Below are positions 53,274-62,814 of a DNA stretch of 64,000 bases, one piece after another. The stretch's first letter is position 1. Each line of letters starts with the position of its first letter. A model generated the notes under the pieces. That model did not search any database, was not told the origin of the DNA, and saw only the letters and a program-made list of their open reading frames with translations. The translations under genes were made by a program, and so were the position numbers. The stretch lies in the IMG/VR virus record IMGVR_UViG_3300037067_003400, positions 32,001-96,000 of that record. One strand, given 5' to 3'. The stretch is from a virus. Taxonomy: Duplodnaviria; Caudoviricetes.

Positions 53274-53402
53274 GAAGATACGTAGAAAGGTATAGCCTTT
53301 CTGAAGCAACCCACCAGAGGATAGGTAGCTATCCTCACCTTGAGGTCTTTGTAGTAATATGAAGACCTCATAAATTTTTGTCTCTATAATTAGGAGGACG
53401 GT

Positions 53403-54998
53403 ATGAAATACACAGATCATTTTGGATTTAAAAAGACCCCACAGTCTGAGCCTATACCATTTTCTAATATGGTAGCTAACTCAGCTGGGGGTTTTTCTTT
53501 CGCCATAGATAAGTGGGTATCTCTTCGGAGATTTCTTATTCTTGGTGCGGAAGGTGGAACGTATTACATTTCAGAGAAGAAGCTTACAGTTGATAATGCT
53601 AAGTCAGCTTTAGCTTGCTTAACTGAAGATGGTAAGAAAACTTTAGATATGGTAAAGGAAGTAAGTGTAGGTGGTAAGGCTCCAAAGAATACTCCTGCTA
53701 TATTTGTTTTAGCTATGGCTATGTCACTACCTGGTGATCAGTTCATAGCTATTAGACAATACGCCGGAGAAATATTCCCAGAAGTTTGTAGAATTCCTAC
53801 ACATGTATTTACTTTTGCTGAATATATGGAAGCTTTCAGAGGTTGGGGTAGGGTAGCTAAGAGATCAGTTGCTAACTGGTATATTAACAAGACTCCCAAT
53901 GATTTACTTTATCATGCTACTAAGTATAAACAAAGAGACGGTTGGAGTAATAGAGACCTTCTTAGATTATCACATCCTAAGTTTACTGGAGAAGCTAATG
54001 AAATTGCTAAGTATATAGTCTCTGGGAAGATTCCTTCCGACGACTGTTCCCTTAGTGAGCATATCCAGATTTTAGAAGAACTTGAGAACTATGACATATC
54101 TAAAGTAGCTGATAGCATAGTTAGGTTTAACCTTCCAAGAGAAGTAATACCTACTAAGTATTTGAAGGAGAAAGTTATTTGGGATGCCTTACTTTATAAT
54201 GGTATGCCAATGACTGCTATGCTTAGGAATCTTGGTAACATGAGTTCTTATGGTGTCTTTGATACAGAGGCTAATGTTACACGTGTATTAGAAGCATTCT
54301 CAAATAGAGAGAGCTTAAAGAAAGCTCGTATACATCCTATATCTATACTTGCTGCCCTAATGACGTATAGCGAAGGTTCTGGAATAAGAGGTAGTAATAC
54401 CTGGGTGCCTAATGAAGATATAGTTGAAGTATTGAATGAAGCTTTCTATAAAAGCTTTGATTTTGTAGAATCTTCTAATAAAAATATTATGATAGGTATG
54501 GATATTTCTGCATCTATGACTTGGAGCGATGTGTCTGGTATTCCAAACCTTACCCCAAGAGTAGCAGCTGCAGCAATGGCTATGGTTACTGCAAAGACTG
54601 AGCCTAATACTTACGTTAGAGCTTTTAGTGATGAGCTTATCCCTATTACTATGCTTCCTAATGATAAGATTGAGTATATGACTGCAAGGATAGAGAAAAT
54701 GCGTGCTGGTAGTACTGATTGCTCTTTACCAATGTTAACAGCCAAAGTTGAGAAGTTAGATGTAGATGCTTTTGTTGTGTACACAGACTCAGAAACTTGG
54801 TGCGGTAGAACTCACCCAGTACAGGCATTGGAACAGTATGAGAAGTTCATAGGTCATCCTGCTAAGCTTATAGTAGTTGGTATGGTAGCTAATGAATTTA
54901 GTATAGCAGACTCAAGTAAGGCTAACATGTTAGACGTAGTAGGCTTTGATACCTCTGCTCCAAGTGTTATCTCGGAGTTTATAGCAGGAAAGATATAA
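53403..54998 (+). CDS. rsr: Ro60/Rsr TROVE-vWA RNA-binding protein
   Basis: NSAGGFSF, LRRFLILGAEGGTYY, KYKQRDGWSNRDLLRLSHP, MPMTAMLRNL, MIDAS DISASM, GSTDCSLPM, YTDSETW, LDVVGFD. Confidence 0.95.
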   Translation: MKYTDHFGFKKTPQSEPIPFSNMVANSAGGFSFAIDKWVSLRRFLILGAEGGTYYISEKKLTVDNAKSALACLTEDGKKTLDMVKEVSVGGKAPKNTPAIFVLAMAMSLPGDQFIAIRQYAGEIFPEVCRIPTHVFTFAEYMEAFRGWGRVAKRSVANWYINKTPNDLLYHATKYKQRDGWSNRDLLRLSHPKFTGEANEIAKYIVSGKIPSDDCSLSEHIQILEELENYDISKVADSIVRFNLPREVIPTKYLKEKVIWDALLYNGMPMTAMLRNLGNMSSYGVFDTEANVTRVLEAFSNRESLKKARIHPISILAALMTYSEGSGIRGSNTWVPNEDIVEVLNEAFYKSFDFVESSNKNIMIGMDISASMTWSDVSGIPNLTPRVAAAAMAMVTAKTEPNTYVRAFSDELIPITMLPNDKIEYMTARIEKMRAGSTDCSLPMLTAKVEKLDVDAFVVYTDSETWCGRTHPVQALEQYEKFIGHPAKLIVVGMVANEFSIADSSKANMLDVVGFDTSAPSVISEFIAGKI

Positions 54999-55258
54999 TG
55001 TTTCTAATTACAGTTATAAATCAGGATTATGATGACTATGAAACATACTGCTCACTACAAACGATAGTAGCTACAAAAGAAGAAATGGAAGCTACTCTAT
55101 CTAAATTTGTACTGGAGCATTGGGAGTTTTATGCTGGAGACGATGACAATATGGATGAGCATACTGATCCAGAAGACTTGTTCTGGGATAATTCAAATTA
55201 CTGGTACTGCATAACTGAAGTTCCAGGTAAGATTGTGTTACCTACTAAGTACGAATAG
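54998..55258 (+). CDS. acidic hypothetical protein, paralog of 22943..23239
   Basis: FVLEHW...VPGKIVLPTKYE versus WVVDHW...IPGKFISPISYE. Confidence 0.65.
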   Translation: MFLITVINQDYDDYETYCSLQTIVATKEEMEATLSKFVLEHWEFYAGDDDNMDEHTDPEDLFWDNSNYWYCITEVPGKIVLPTKYE

Positions 55259-55638
55259 ATTACTGCATAGTCTACTCATACGTAGACTATGTCTAATTTA
55301 TGTTTAAATTGTAACGAGGAAAGTAATGAGAACTCAAAGTAAATTTTACTGTAGTTATTTAGAAGCCAGTGATTTTTCTACTGCCCATGGTTTCTTTGAA
55401 CAGTTTGCTATATGTCATAGGTTGACACAGCAATTGTTAAATGTAGAAAGTATATCACCTATTACTAAGTATAGTAAACGAGATGGATATTTACTAATGG
55501 ATGTTGAACTTGGTTCAACCAGAGAGTTCGCTAATATGTTCTTTGAATTGTTTTGGACTAAGTTCTTTTATTACTTAGTCGATCAGGTAGATGAGTGTAA
55601 GATTTGTATGAGGTTTAACTGGAAAGGCAGTAAGAGTA

Positions 55639-58600
55639 ATGAGTAATTCATACACCTTTGATGAGGTGTTTGAGGCAACCAAGAATTATTTTGGTGGTGA
55701 TGATTTAGCAGCAGCTACCTTCTTTAAGTATGTTCTTTGTGATGATGAAGATGTATACTATGAGAAGACACCTGAAGATGCTATTAATAGATATGCAAAA
55801 GAGATTCATAGAATAGATTGTAAATATCCAAAGCCTATAGGCTATGGTGACATGATTTATTTGTTAGACCATTATAAAAGAGTTATACTGGGTGGCTCCC
55901 CTATGGCAGGGATAGGTAACGACTTTTCAAGGATGTCGTTATCGAATTGTGTAGTGGCTCCTTCTCCAGAAGATAATATCTCTTCTATATTTGATGTAGC
56001 TAAGATGTTAGCAATCTTCTTTAGTAGAAGAATGGGTGCAGGTTTAAACTTATCTACATTACGCCCGGCAGGTGATGCTGTTAGTAATGCAGCTAAGACT
56101 ACTACTGGAGCCTGGAGCTTTGCAAGTCTATATAGTTTTGTCTGTAGATTGATAGGACAAAATAATAGACGTGGTGCCCTTATGTTAACTATGTTAGTCA
56201 GCCACCCAGATATAGAAAAGTTTATTACAATGAAGCGTAACCTTACTGATGTAACTGGTGCCAATATATCAGTTCTTATAACTGATGACTTTATGACAGC
56301 AGTAGAAGAGGATGGTGATTGGGATTTAGTATTCAATGGTAAGGTGCGTAGAACAGTAAAGGCTGTTGATATATGGAACTTGATTATAGAGAATGCTACT
56401 GCTGCTGCTGAGCCTGGTGTATTGTTCTGGGATACATATAAAAAATACAATCCTTTAAATGAATATCCTGGCTTTAAGATGATTTCTACCAATCCTTGTC
56501 AGCCTGGGTTTGCATACTTACAAGGAGCAGAGAATCTTATTACTATGTATGATGTGAAAGTTGGGGATGAAATATGGAGTCCTATCCCTGGTACTAAAAA
56601 TGCTGGGCAGTTTTCAAAAGTGGTAAGGAAGGTTTCTTCTGGTATAAAGGATGTCTATAGGTATAGAACTACCTTTGGGGAATTTATAGGTACTGAAGAC
56701 CATAAGGTTTATGATGGTGGTAGTAAAGTAAAAGCTAAAGATGCTATGTGTTTAGACAGAGCTGTCTTTGGTGGAACAGTGTTTAATAATCATCAGTTGT
56801 TGAATCCTGAGTATATAATGTATGGATTATTGTTAGGAGATGGCTCTGTTCATAAGGCTTCTAACAACAAAGTCATACTATATATAGGTGATGAAGACCA
56901 GGACTACTTCAATGATTTAGATATAAAACACTTAATAGTTGGTAAGACAGGCATAGGTGAAAAAGCGTATGCTGTTGATTCTAATATCTCTCCAGAGGTA
57001 TTAGTTAGAACTTATGACAGAAGTATACCTAAAGAATTTATGGTTGCTGATAAAGTTAAGGTTCGTAGTTTACTAAGAGGTATCTACTCAGCTAATGGTT
57101 CTATTATTAATGGTAAAGGGAAACGTATATCTCTTAAGTCAGCAAGTTTAGATATGATAACTGATGTTCAGTTATTGTTATCTTCTCTTGGTATTAGTTC
57201 TTATTATACTACTAATAAAGAATCTACAGTTCTGTTTCCTAATGGTGAGTACGTATGTAAACAGTCTTATGATTTAAATATAACTACTGATATGAATAAG
57301 TTCTTTGCTTTGATAGGATTTATCCAACACTATAAGATGTGTGCATTAGTAGATGTTATAGAAAATAAAAAGAAAGCTTCTAAGATTAGAGGAACGCAAG
57401 AGCGTATAGTTTCTATAGAGTATCTTGGTAAGCATGAGGTATTTGATATAACAGTAGACTCTGATTATCATACCTATCTTACGGGTGGAAGCGTTGTAGG
57501 AAACTGTGGTGAGCTCGGGCTTTCTGGAAATGCAGGCTGTATGCTCTCGTCTATTAACCTGAGAGGGTTTGTATTGAATCCTTATACTCCAGAAGCTACA
57601 TTTGATGCTGAGGGTTTTGAGAGTGCAGTACGAAAAACCATTAGGATGATGGATGATATGATAGACCTTGAGCTTGAGGCTTTGGATAAAGTAATAGCTA
57701 AAGCTGATACTCAAGATGTAAAGGATATCTTTAAGTTAGTTCAAGATGTATTTGTAAAGGGTAGACGTATAGGCTTAGGTACTACTGCTTTAGCTGATTG
57801 TCTTATTGCTCTGGGAATCTCTTACGGCTCTGAAGATTCAAAGGATACAATAGATTATATCTATTCGATGTTAGAGTACTTTGCTTATGATGAGAGTGTT
57901 AACTTAGCTATAGAGCGTGGACCATTCCCTATCTTTGATTGGAATACTGAAAAGGATAACCTATTTATAGTTGGGCTACCTTTAGAACTACGAGAAAAGA
58001 TTAAGAAGTATGGTAGAAGACATGGTGCATTGTTAACTAATGCTCCTGTTGGTAGTGGAAGTATCTTAGGGCAGTGTTCCTCTGGGATAGAACCTGTGTT
58101 TGATTTATACTACACACGTAGGAAGAAACTCACAGGAGATATAACATCAGAGAGAGTAGATTATACTGATGCCAATGGAGATAAGTGGCAGTTCTTTACA
58201 GTGGTGCATCCTGAAGTTATGTGTTACATGCGTAACGAGGGTATAGCTACTGCTGGATTAGATAGAATAGCTACAGAGTCTCTACTCATAGATGATTTAC
58301 CTGCTGATTTTATAGAGGCGGTAAAAGAACTCCCAGATTATTTTGTTACTTCTTCTGGTATAAAGTGGGAAGATAGAGTAGAGATACAAGCTATCATAAC
58401 TTCACACTTAGACCACAATTGTAGCAGTACTGTCAATTTACCTGAGGGAACTACTCCTGAAGTAGTTAGTGGTATATATAAGACAGCCTGGAAGTCTGGA
58501 TGTAAAGGTATTACCGTTTATGTACAAGGTAGTAGAGATGGTGTGTTGGTTTCAGCAAGTCCTTGTGCCAAGACTTTAGATGAATGGTATGATAGACCTG

Positions 58601-59133
58601 AAGCTTTATTCTGTGAGGTTCATTATATAGAAGCTACTTTTGATAAGGTAAGAAAGCCTTATGCAGTTATAGTATCCTTTAAAGATGATATACCTTTTGA
58701 AATATTTGGTGGTGAATACTCAGCGGAAGAGGTGTCTTCCCAGTTTCCTCCGTATGTAAATGATAAAGTAATGAGTGGATTGATTACTAAGAAAGAGCTG
58801 GCTGCTGGAGCTAAGTATACATTAACCATAGAGGGTAATGGAGTTATACAGAACTTAGGTGGAGAGTTCCATTACGGACAGACAGCTACTATCAATAGGG
58901 TTATGTCTCTTTGCTTGCGTAGTAGACCAGATAACCTTATTCATTTGATAAAGCAGATTTCTAAAGACAGAAACTATGCTGGATATATGAAAGCTGTAGG
59001 TAGAGTACTAAAGAAATATATCCCAGATGGTACAAGTTCAAGATTAACCTGTCCTCAGTGTGGGCAGAAGACCTTACGATATGAGGGTGGTTGCACAGTG
59101 TGTCAGTCGTGTGGATATAGTGGATGTAGCTAA
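55639..59133 (+). CDS. nrdJ: class II (adenosylcobalamin-dependent) ribonucleotide reductase containing an intein
   Basis: LSNC, RRGALM, HPDIEKFI, ANISV, EPGVLF, STNP|CGE, APVGS, SSGIEP, SSTVNLP, GCKGITVY, C-terminal Cys clusters. Confidence 0.92.
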   Translation: MSNSYTFDEVFEATKNYFGGDDLAAATFFKYVLCDDEDVYYEKTPEDAINRYAKEIHRIDCKYPKPIGYGDMIYLLDHYKRVILGGSPMAGIGNDFSRMSLSNCVVAPSPEDNISSIFDVAKMLAIFFSRRMGAGLNLSTLRPAGDAVSNAAKTTTGAWSFASLYSFVCRLIGQNNRRGALMLTMLVSHPDIEKFITMKRNLTDVTGANISVLITDDFMTAVEEDGDWDLVFNGKVRRTVKAVDIWNLIIENATAAAEPGVLFWDTYKKYNPLNEYPGFKMISTNPCQPGFAYLQGAENLITMYDVKVGDEIWSPIPGTKNAGQFSKVVRKVSSGIKDVYRYRTTFGEFIGTEDHKVYDGGSKVKAKDAMCLDRAVFGGTVFNNHQLLNPEYIMYGLLLGDGSVHKASNNKVILYIGDEDQDYFNDLDIKHLIVGKTGIGEKAYAVDSNISPEVLVRTYDRSIPKEFMVADKVKVRSLLRGIYSANGSIINGKGKRISLKSASLDMITDVQLLLSSLGISSYYTTNKESTVLFPNGEYVCKQSYDLNITTDMNKFFALIGFIQHYKMCALVDVIENKKKASKIRGTQERIVSIEYLGKHEVFDITVDSDYHTYLTGGSVVGNCGELGLSGNAGCMLSSINLRGFVLNPYTPEATFDAEGFESAVRKTIRMMDDMIDLELEALDKVIAKADTQDVKDIFKLVQDVFVKGRRIGLGTTALADCLIALGISYGSEDSKDTIDYIYSMLEYFAYDESVNLAIERGPFPIFDWNTEKDNLFIVGLPLELREKIKKYGRRHGALLTNAPVGSGSILGQCSSGIEPVFDLYYTRRKKLTGDITSERVDYTDANGDKWQFFTVVHPEVMCYMRNEGIATAGLDRIATESLLIDDLPADFIEAVKELPDYFVTSSGIKWEDRVEIQAIITSHLDHNCSSTVNLPEGTTPEVVSGIYKTAWKSGCKGITVYVQGSRDGVLVSASPCAKTLDEWYDRPEALFCEVHYIEATFDKVRKPYAVIVSFKDDIPFEIFGGEYSAEEVSSQFPPYVNDKVMSGLITKKELAAGAKYTLTIEGNGVIQNLGGEFHYGQTATINRVMSLCLRSRPDNLIHLIKQISKDRNYAGYMKAVGRVLKKYIPDGTSSRLTCPQCGQKTLRYEGGCTVCQSCGYSGCS
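56497..57504 (+). mobile_element. intein (336 aa) with LAGLIDADG endonuclease, inserted at the RNR NP|CGE motif
   Basis: Starts CQPG, block B GTEDHKV, YGLLLGDG and LRGIYSANG motifs, ends VFDITV...VVGN|C. Confidence 0.9.
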
Positions 59134-59215
59134 GTTCCCATAATTGGCAATGGCCCTGACTGTTAATCAGAGTGCCCGAAAGGGGATATAGGTTCGAGTC
59201 CTATCTTAGCTGCCA
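59128..59215 (+). tRNA. tRNA-Asn(GTT) with a long variable arm, overlapping the nrdJ stop codon
   Basis: AGCTAAG/CTTAGCT-G-CCA, CTGA-CTGTTAA-TCAG, variable arm CCC-GAAA-GGG, ATAGG-TTCGAGT-CCTAT. Confidence 0.8.
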
Positions 59216-59248
59216 AATTTTAAGGGAGGGGTTTCCCCCCTCCCGATT

Positions 59249-59998
59249 ATGTGTGAGGATTACATGATAATATTTGCTAAAGAGAAGAGTGATACTATCG
59301 TAGATATTATAACTGGTAAGAATACAGTTGTTACACTTGTGGATACCTATAGACATATCACTCCTTCTTATGGAAGTACTTTTTTGAAAGTTATAATGTA
59401 TGAGTTCTTTCCTACTGTAGGACATTGGTTTGTTTGGGTTACTGCGTCTGGGATTTTTGGTAACTCATTCTTAGAAGGGTTAGCTGGACCATTACCCAAG
59501 ACATTTGATTATTACTATCCTATTCTTAGAAGCTTACATCCTTTTTTAAATGATATAGAAGGAACTGTTAGGTTTGAGGATCCATATTACGGTGGGTATT
59601 CATTAGATAAAAAATGTTATCTTTATAGTATACGTACTGGATCATATTCGGACCATAGATTTGTTACAAAGGTACGTAGTTCTGATGATAAATTAAAGTA
59701 TATAAATCCATCATGTAAGAATTGGGAGACTCTTATTAGGGAGTACGATCTATATGATTTGTCTGCGAGTAGTTCGGAAGAACATATTTTTAGACAAAAG
59801 TTTAGTGAAGAAGTATTATTTAGTATTCCTACTAATTTTAAGCACCCTAATAGAAAATGTACTGAGTGCAAGAATTGTGAAAGTTGTAAGGATTGGGAAC
59901 AGAATTATGTAAGCCCACATGCTTTACTACTTAATGAATACTTAGCTGCATATTGTGGTAGCTTTGTCTGGGAGGCAGATAATGTTCGGCGTTTCTAA
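59249..59998 (+). CDS. hypothetical protein with C-terminal Cys cluster; paralog of the next gene
   Basis: YEFFPT.G..F.WV, GPLPKT, CTECKNCESCKDW shared with 59982..60716. Confidence 0.7.
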   Translation: MCEDYMIIFAKEKSDTIVDIITGKNTVVTLVDTYRHITPSYGSTFLKVIMYEFFPTVGHWFVWVTASGIFGNSFLEGLAGPLPKTFDYYYPILRSLHPFLNDIEGTVRFEDPYYGGYSLDKKCYLYSIRTGSYSDHRFVTKVRSSDDKLKYINPSCKNWETLIREYDLYDLSASSSEEHIFRQKFSEEVLFSIPTNFKHPNRKCTECKNCESCKDWEQNYVSPHALLLNEYLAAYCGSFVWEADNVRRF

Positions 59999-60716
59999 GG
60001 AAAAGAATCAGTTAGCAATAGATACTATAATGGGTAAGTCTACAGACATACGCTTCACAGATAGGTTTCGTCATATAGATAGACCAGGGAGTGGTGAGCT
60101 TAGCATATACGCTTACGAGTTTTATCCAACCTTAGGAGTGTACTTTGCTTGGGTGTATGTTAATCATAGTTCAATATGCTGTGACGAAAGGATATTAGTA
60201 GGACCATTACCTAAGACACTTGAGTTATCATATCCAGTCTTTAGAAGTTTTGTTCCAGTAAGGCCTGGACATGGTATAGCTGGTATAGAAGTTAACGAAA
60301 CTACATTTGGAAAGTGGTATATTAAAGAGACTACTTCTATTATTAATATTAGGTATTGGATAGATGATTACGGCGGTGTACAGTTTAATTATAATACCAG
60401 AGCTACTCCATACCTTAATATAGGATGGGATACTGTTACAGCAGACGATATTCCTACCATATTTAAAAAAATGGAGAGAGATTTTAGTAAGTCTCAATCT
60501 TTCTTAAGTAATTTCTTGCATATGTTTCCTATGAAAGATGTGCTTACTGTAGCATCCCCCTTTAATGAGTTGCCTAATAGGTGTACCAGCTGTAAGCATT
60601 GTGCTGTCTGTAAAGACTGGGGACAATATAAGGATAGCTCTTATATGAGAGAGCTTAATAAGATGTGTGCCTGTTACTGTGTGATGTTTGAGGATAGCCA
60701 TGAAGATATTTTCTAA
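59982..60716 (+). CDS. hypothetical protein with C-terminal Cys cluster
   Basis: YEFYPT.G..F.WV, GPLPKT, CTSCKHCAVCKDW; GGAGG RBS. Confidence 0.7.
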   Translation: MFGVSKEKNQLAIDTIMGKSTDIRFTDRFRHIDRPGSGELSIYAYEFYPTLGVYFAWVYVNHSSICCDERILVGPLPKTLELSYPVFRSFVPVRPGHGIAGIEVNETTFGKWYIKETTSIINIRYWIDDYGGVQFNYNTRATPYLNIGWDTVTADDIPTIFKKMERDFSKSQSFLSNFLHMFPMKDVLTVASPFNELPNRCTSCKHCAVCKDWGQYKDSSYMRELNKMCACYCVMFEDSHEDIF

Positions 60717-62814
60717 GAAGAAGCCTCCTTATGTAAAGCCTAAAGCTATGCTGGTTGTAGGTGGAGCTGGATTTATAGGTTCTCATTTTGTAGAAGCGGT
60801 AGTTAATAATACTTCTGATGTAGATACTTCTGGAGTAGAGGTTGCTGTAGTAGATGCTTTAACTTATGCTGGGAATAAAGATTATCTGAGCTCCGTAGAA
60901 GATAAGATAAAGCTTTGGGTAGAAAATATATCTAATGATGATTTCTTTAATTCTATGCGTACTATATTTCCTATGTATGATACTATTGTTAACTTTGCTG
61001 CTGAGAGTCATGTGGATAGATCTTTTGAAAACTACAGAACCTTTATAGATACTAATATAAAAGGAGAGGCTGCTATTTTAAAAGCTATATATAAGGCTAA
61101 GAATCTTAGACACTTATATGTATCTTGTTATGATACTGCTACTCGTGCTCTAACTAAAGACGGGTTGAAATATTATGACGAGTTAAAAATTGGGGATGTT
61201 GTATTTACATTAAATGCTTCTGATAATTTGGAAGAACAGCCTATAGAAAACATTATAATTCAAGACTATTCAGGAGATATGATTAGTCTATCTAATAGAC
61301 GTGTAGATATATTAGTTACACCTAATCATAGGATGTATGATAGAAACCTAAATGTTTTTGAAGCATGTGATTTGTTAAGAGGTTCTAAGTATAAATCTTA
61401 TGAATTACCATATCCTGTAGTAGGTATTGGTTGTAAAGATAGTATAATAATAGATGGTAAAGAAGTAGATTTGTGTGATTTGTTTTATTTATCTGGTATT
61501 TTTATAGGGGATGGTTTTTTAGCTTATCAGGAAAAAGAACTTGTAAATAAAAGTGGTCTAAGTAGACAAGGTTTTTTGAGCAGAAGAAATTCTAAAGGGC
61601 AGTTTGTTTCAGGTAGAACGGGAGATGTTTCTACTACTACCTCTAAGGGTTGGCGCATTTTTATTGACGTACCAGAAAATGATAAATGTAGAAAACGTTT
61701 GGAAGATACTTTAAGTAGATTGGATATAAATTATTCTATACAAAAGGGTAAGTCTGGAGAGCATATATACTTCACTTCCGAAGTGTGGTCTGATTATTTT
61801 AAACAATTTGGTGAGTATGCACAAAACAAAACTATACCAGAATGGATGCTACAATATGATCCACAGTATCTTATGTGTTTGTTTAAAGGACTTATGGATT
61901 CAGACGGCCATGTCATAGATCATAGTTGCTTTATGTATTCTACTGTTTCTATTAAACTTACAGAAAAGATATGCGAGCTTGGTTTAAAAGTAGGGTACTA
62001 TCCGAAGGTATATGATAGATATTGTGAATCATATATAGATGGAAGGAAAATTTCTGGTAGTAGCAAACAAATATTATTTGGTATGCGCCCTAGAACTATT
62101 AGGTACGATAAAATATGTACCAAAGAATATAATGGTAAGGTTTGGTGCATTAAGGTAAAGAATAAAAACTTCTTAACTGAAAGAAATGGTTGTTTTTCTT
62201 TTTCTGGTAATACTGATGAAATTTATGGGACTCAATCTTATGTCCCATCAGTAGAAACTACTCCAGCTGATCCTACTAATATTTATTCTATAACTAAGGT
62301 AGCTGCTGAGCAGTTAGTTGCCTACTACCATAAGAATTATGGAGTTAATACAATTGTAACAAGAGGCTCTAACACTTATGGAACCAGACAATATCCAGAG
62401 AAAGTTATTCCCTGGTTTATAAATAACTTACTAAAAGGAATTAAGTGCCCTGTATATGGTAAGGGTGAAGCCAGAAGATACTATATGCATGTGGATGATC
62501 ACGTTAATGGTATACTACATGCTCTTTACTATGGTGAAGCTGGTGAAGCTTACAATGTAGGAGCTACTAATAGCGAGTATAGTACTGTAGAACTTGCTAC
62601 TATATTAATTAGTGTCATAAAGAAGATTAGTATAGAGGAAGCTAAAGACTCTCTAAGTAACTATATAGAATTCATAGAAGATAGAGTTGCTAATGACAGG
62701 CGGTACATGATGAATTCCCAGAAACTAACAGAACTATCAGGATGGTATCCTAAGAGAACTTTAGTTGATGGTATAGAAGAAGTTATTGATTACTATAGAG
62801 AGAGGATTATTTAA
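60700..62814 (+). CDS. rmlB: dTDP-glucose 4,6-dehydratase containing an intein
   Basis: GGAGFIGS, DALTYAG, NFAAESHVDRS, VS|TDEIYG, YSITK, RGSNTYG..QYPEKVIP. Confidence 0.9.
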   Translation: MKIFSKKKPPYVKPKAMLVVGGAGFIGSHFVEAVVNNTSDVDTSGVEVAVVDALTYAGNKDYLSSVEDKIKLWVENISNDDFFNSMRTIFPMYDTIVNFAAESHVDRSFENYRTFIDTNIKGEAAILKAIYKAKNLRHLYVSCYDTATRALTKDGLKYYDELKIGDVVFTLNASDNLEEQPIENIIIQDYSGDMISLSNRRVDILVTPNHRMYDRNLNVFEACDLLRGSKYKSYELPYPVVGIGCKDSIIIDGKEVDLCDLFYLSGIFIGDGFLAYQEKELVNKSGLSRQGFLSRRNSKGQFVSGRTGDVSTTTSKGWRIFIDVPENDKCRKRLEDTLSRLDINYSIQKGKSGEHIYFTSEVWSDYFKQFGEYAQNKTIPEWMLQYDPQYLMCLFKGLMDSDGHVIDHSCFMYSTVSIKLTEKICELGLKVGYYPKVYDRYCESYIDGRKISGSSKQILFGMRPRTIRYDKICTKEYNGKVWCIKVKNKNFLTERNGCFSFSGNTDEIYGTQSYVPSVETTPADPTNIYSITKVAAEQLVAYYHKNYGVNTIVTRGSNTYGTRQYPEKVIPWFINNLLKGIKCPVYGKGEARRYYMHVDDHVNGILHALYYGEAGEAYNVGATNSEYSTVELATILISVIKKISIEEAKDSLSNYIEFIEDRVANDRRYMMNSQKLTELSGWYPKRTLVDGIEEVIDYYRERII
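61126..62211 (+). mobile_element. intein (362 aa) with LAGLIDADG endonuclease in rmlB
   Basis: Starts CYDTAT, block B VTPNHRM, SGIFIGDG and FKGLMDSDG motifs, ends VWCIKV...FSGN|T. Confidence 0.9.

Noticed and set aside
1885-60701. Minus-strand ORFs in the track
   Set aside because: They are short, mostly shadow better + strand genes and show no recognisable motifs.
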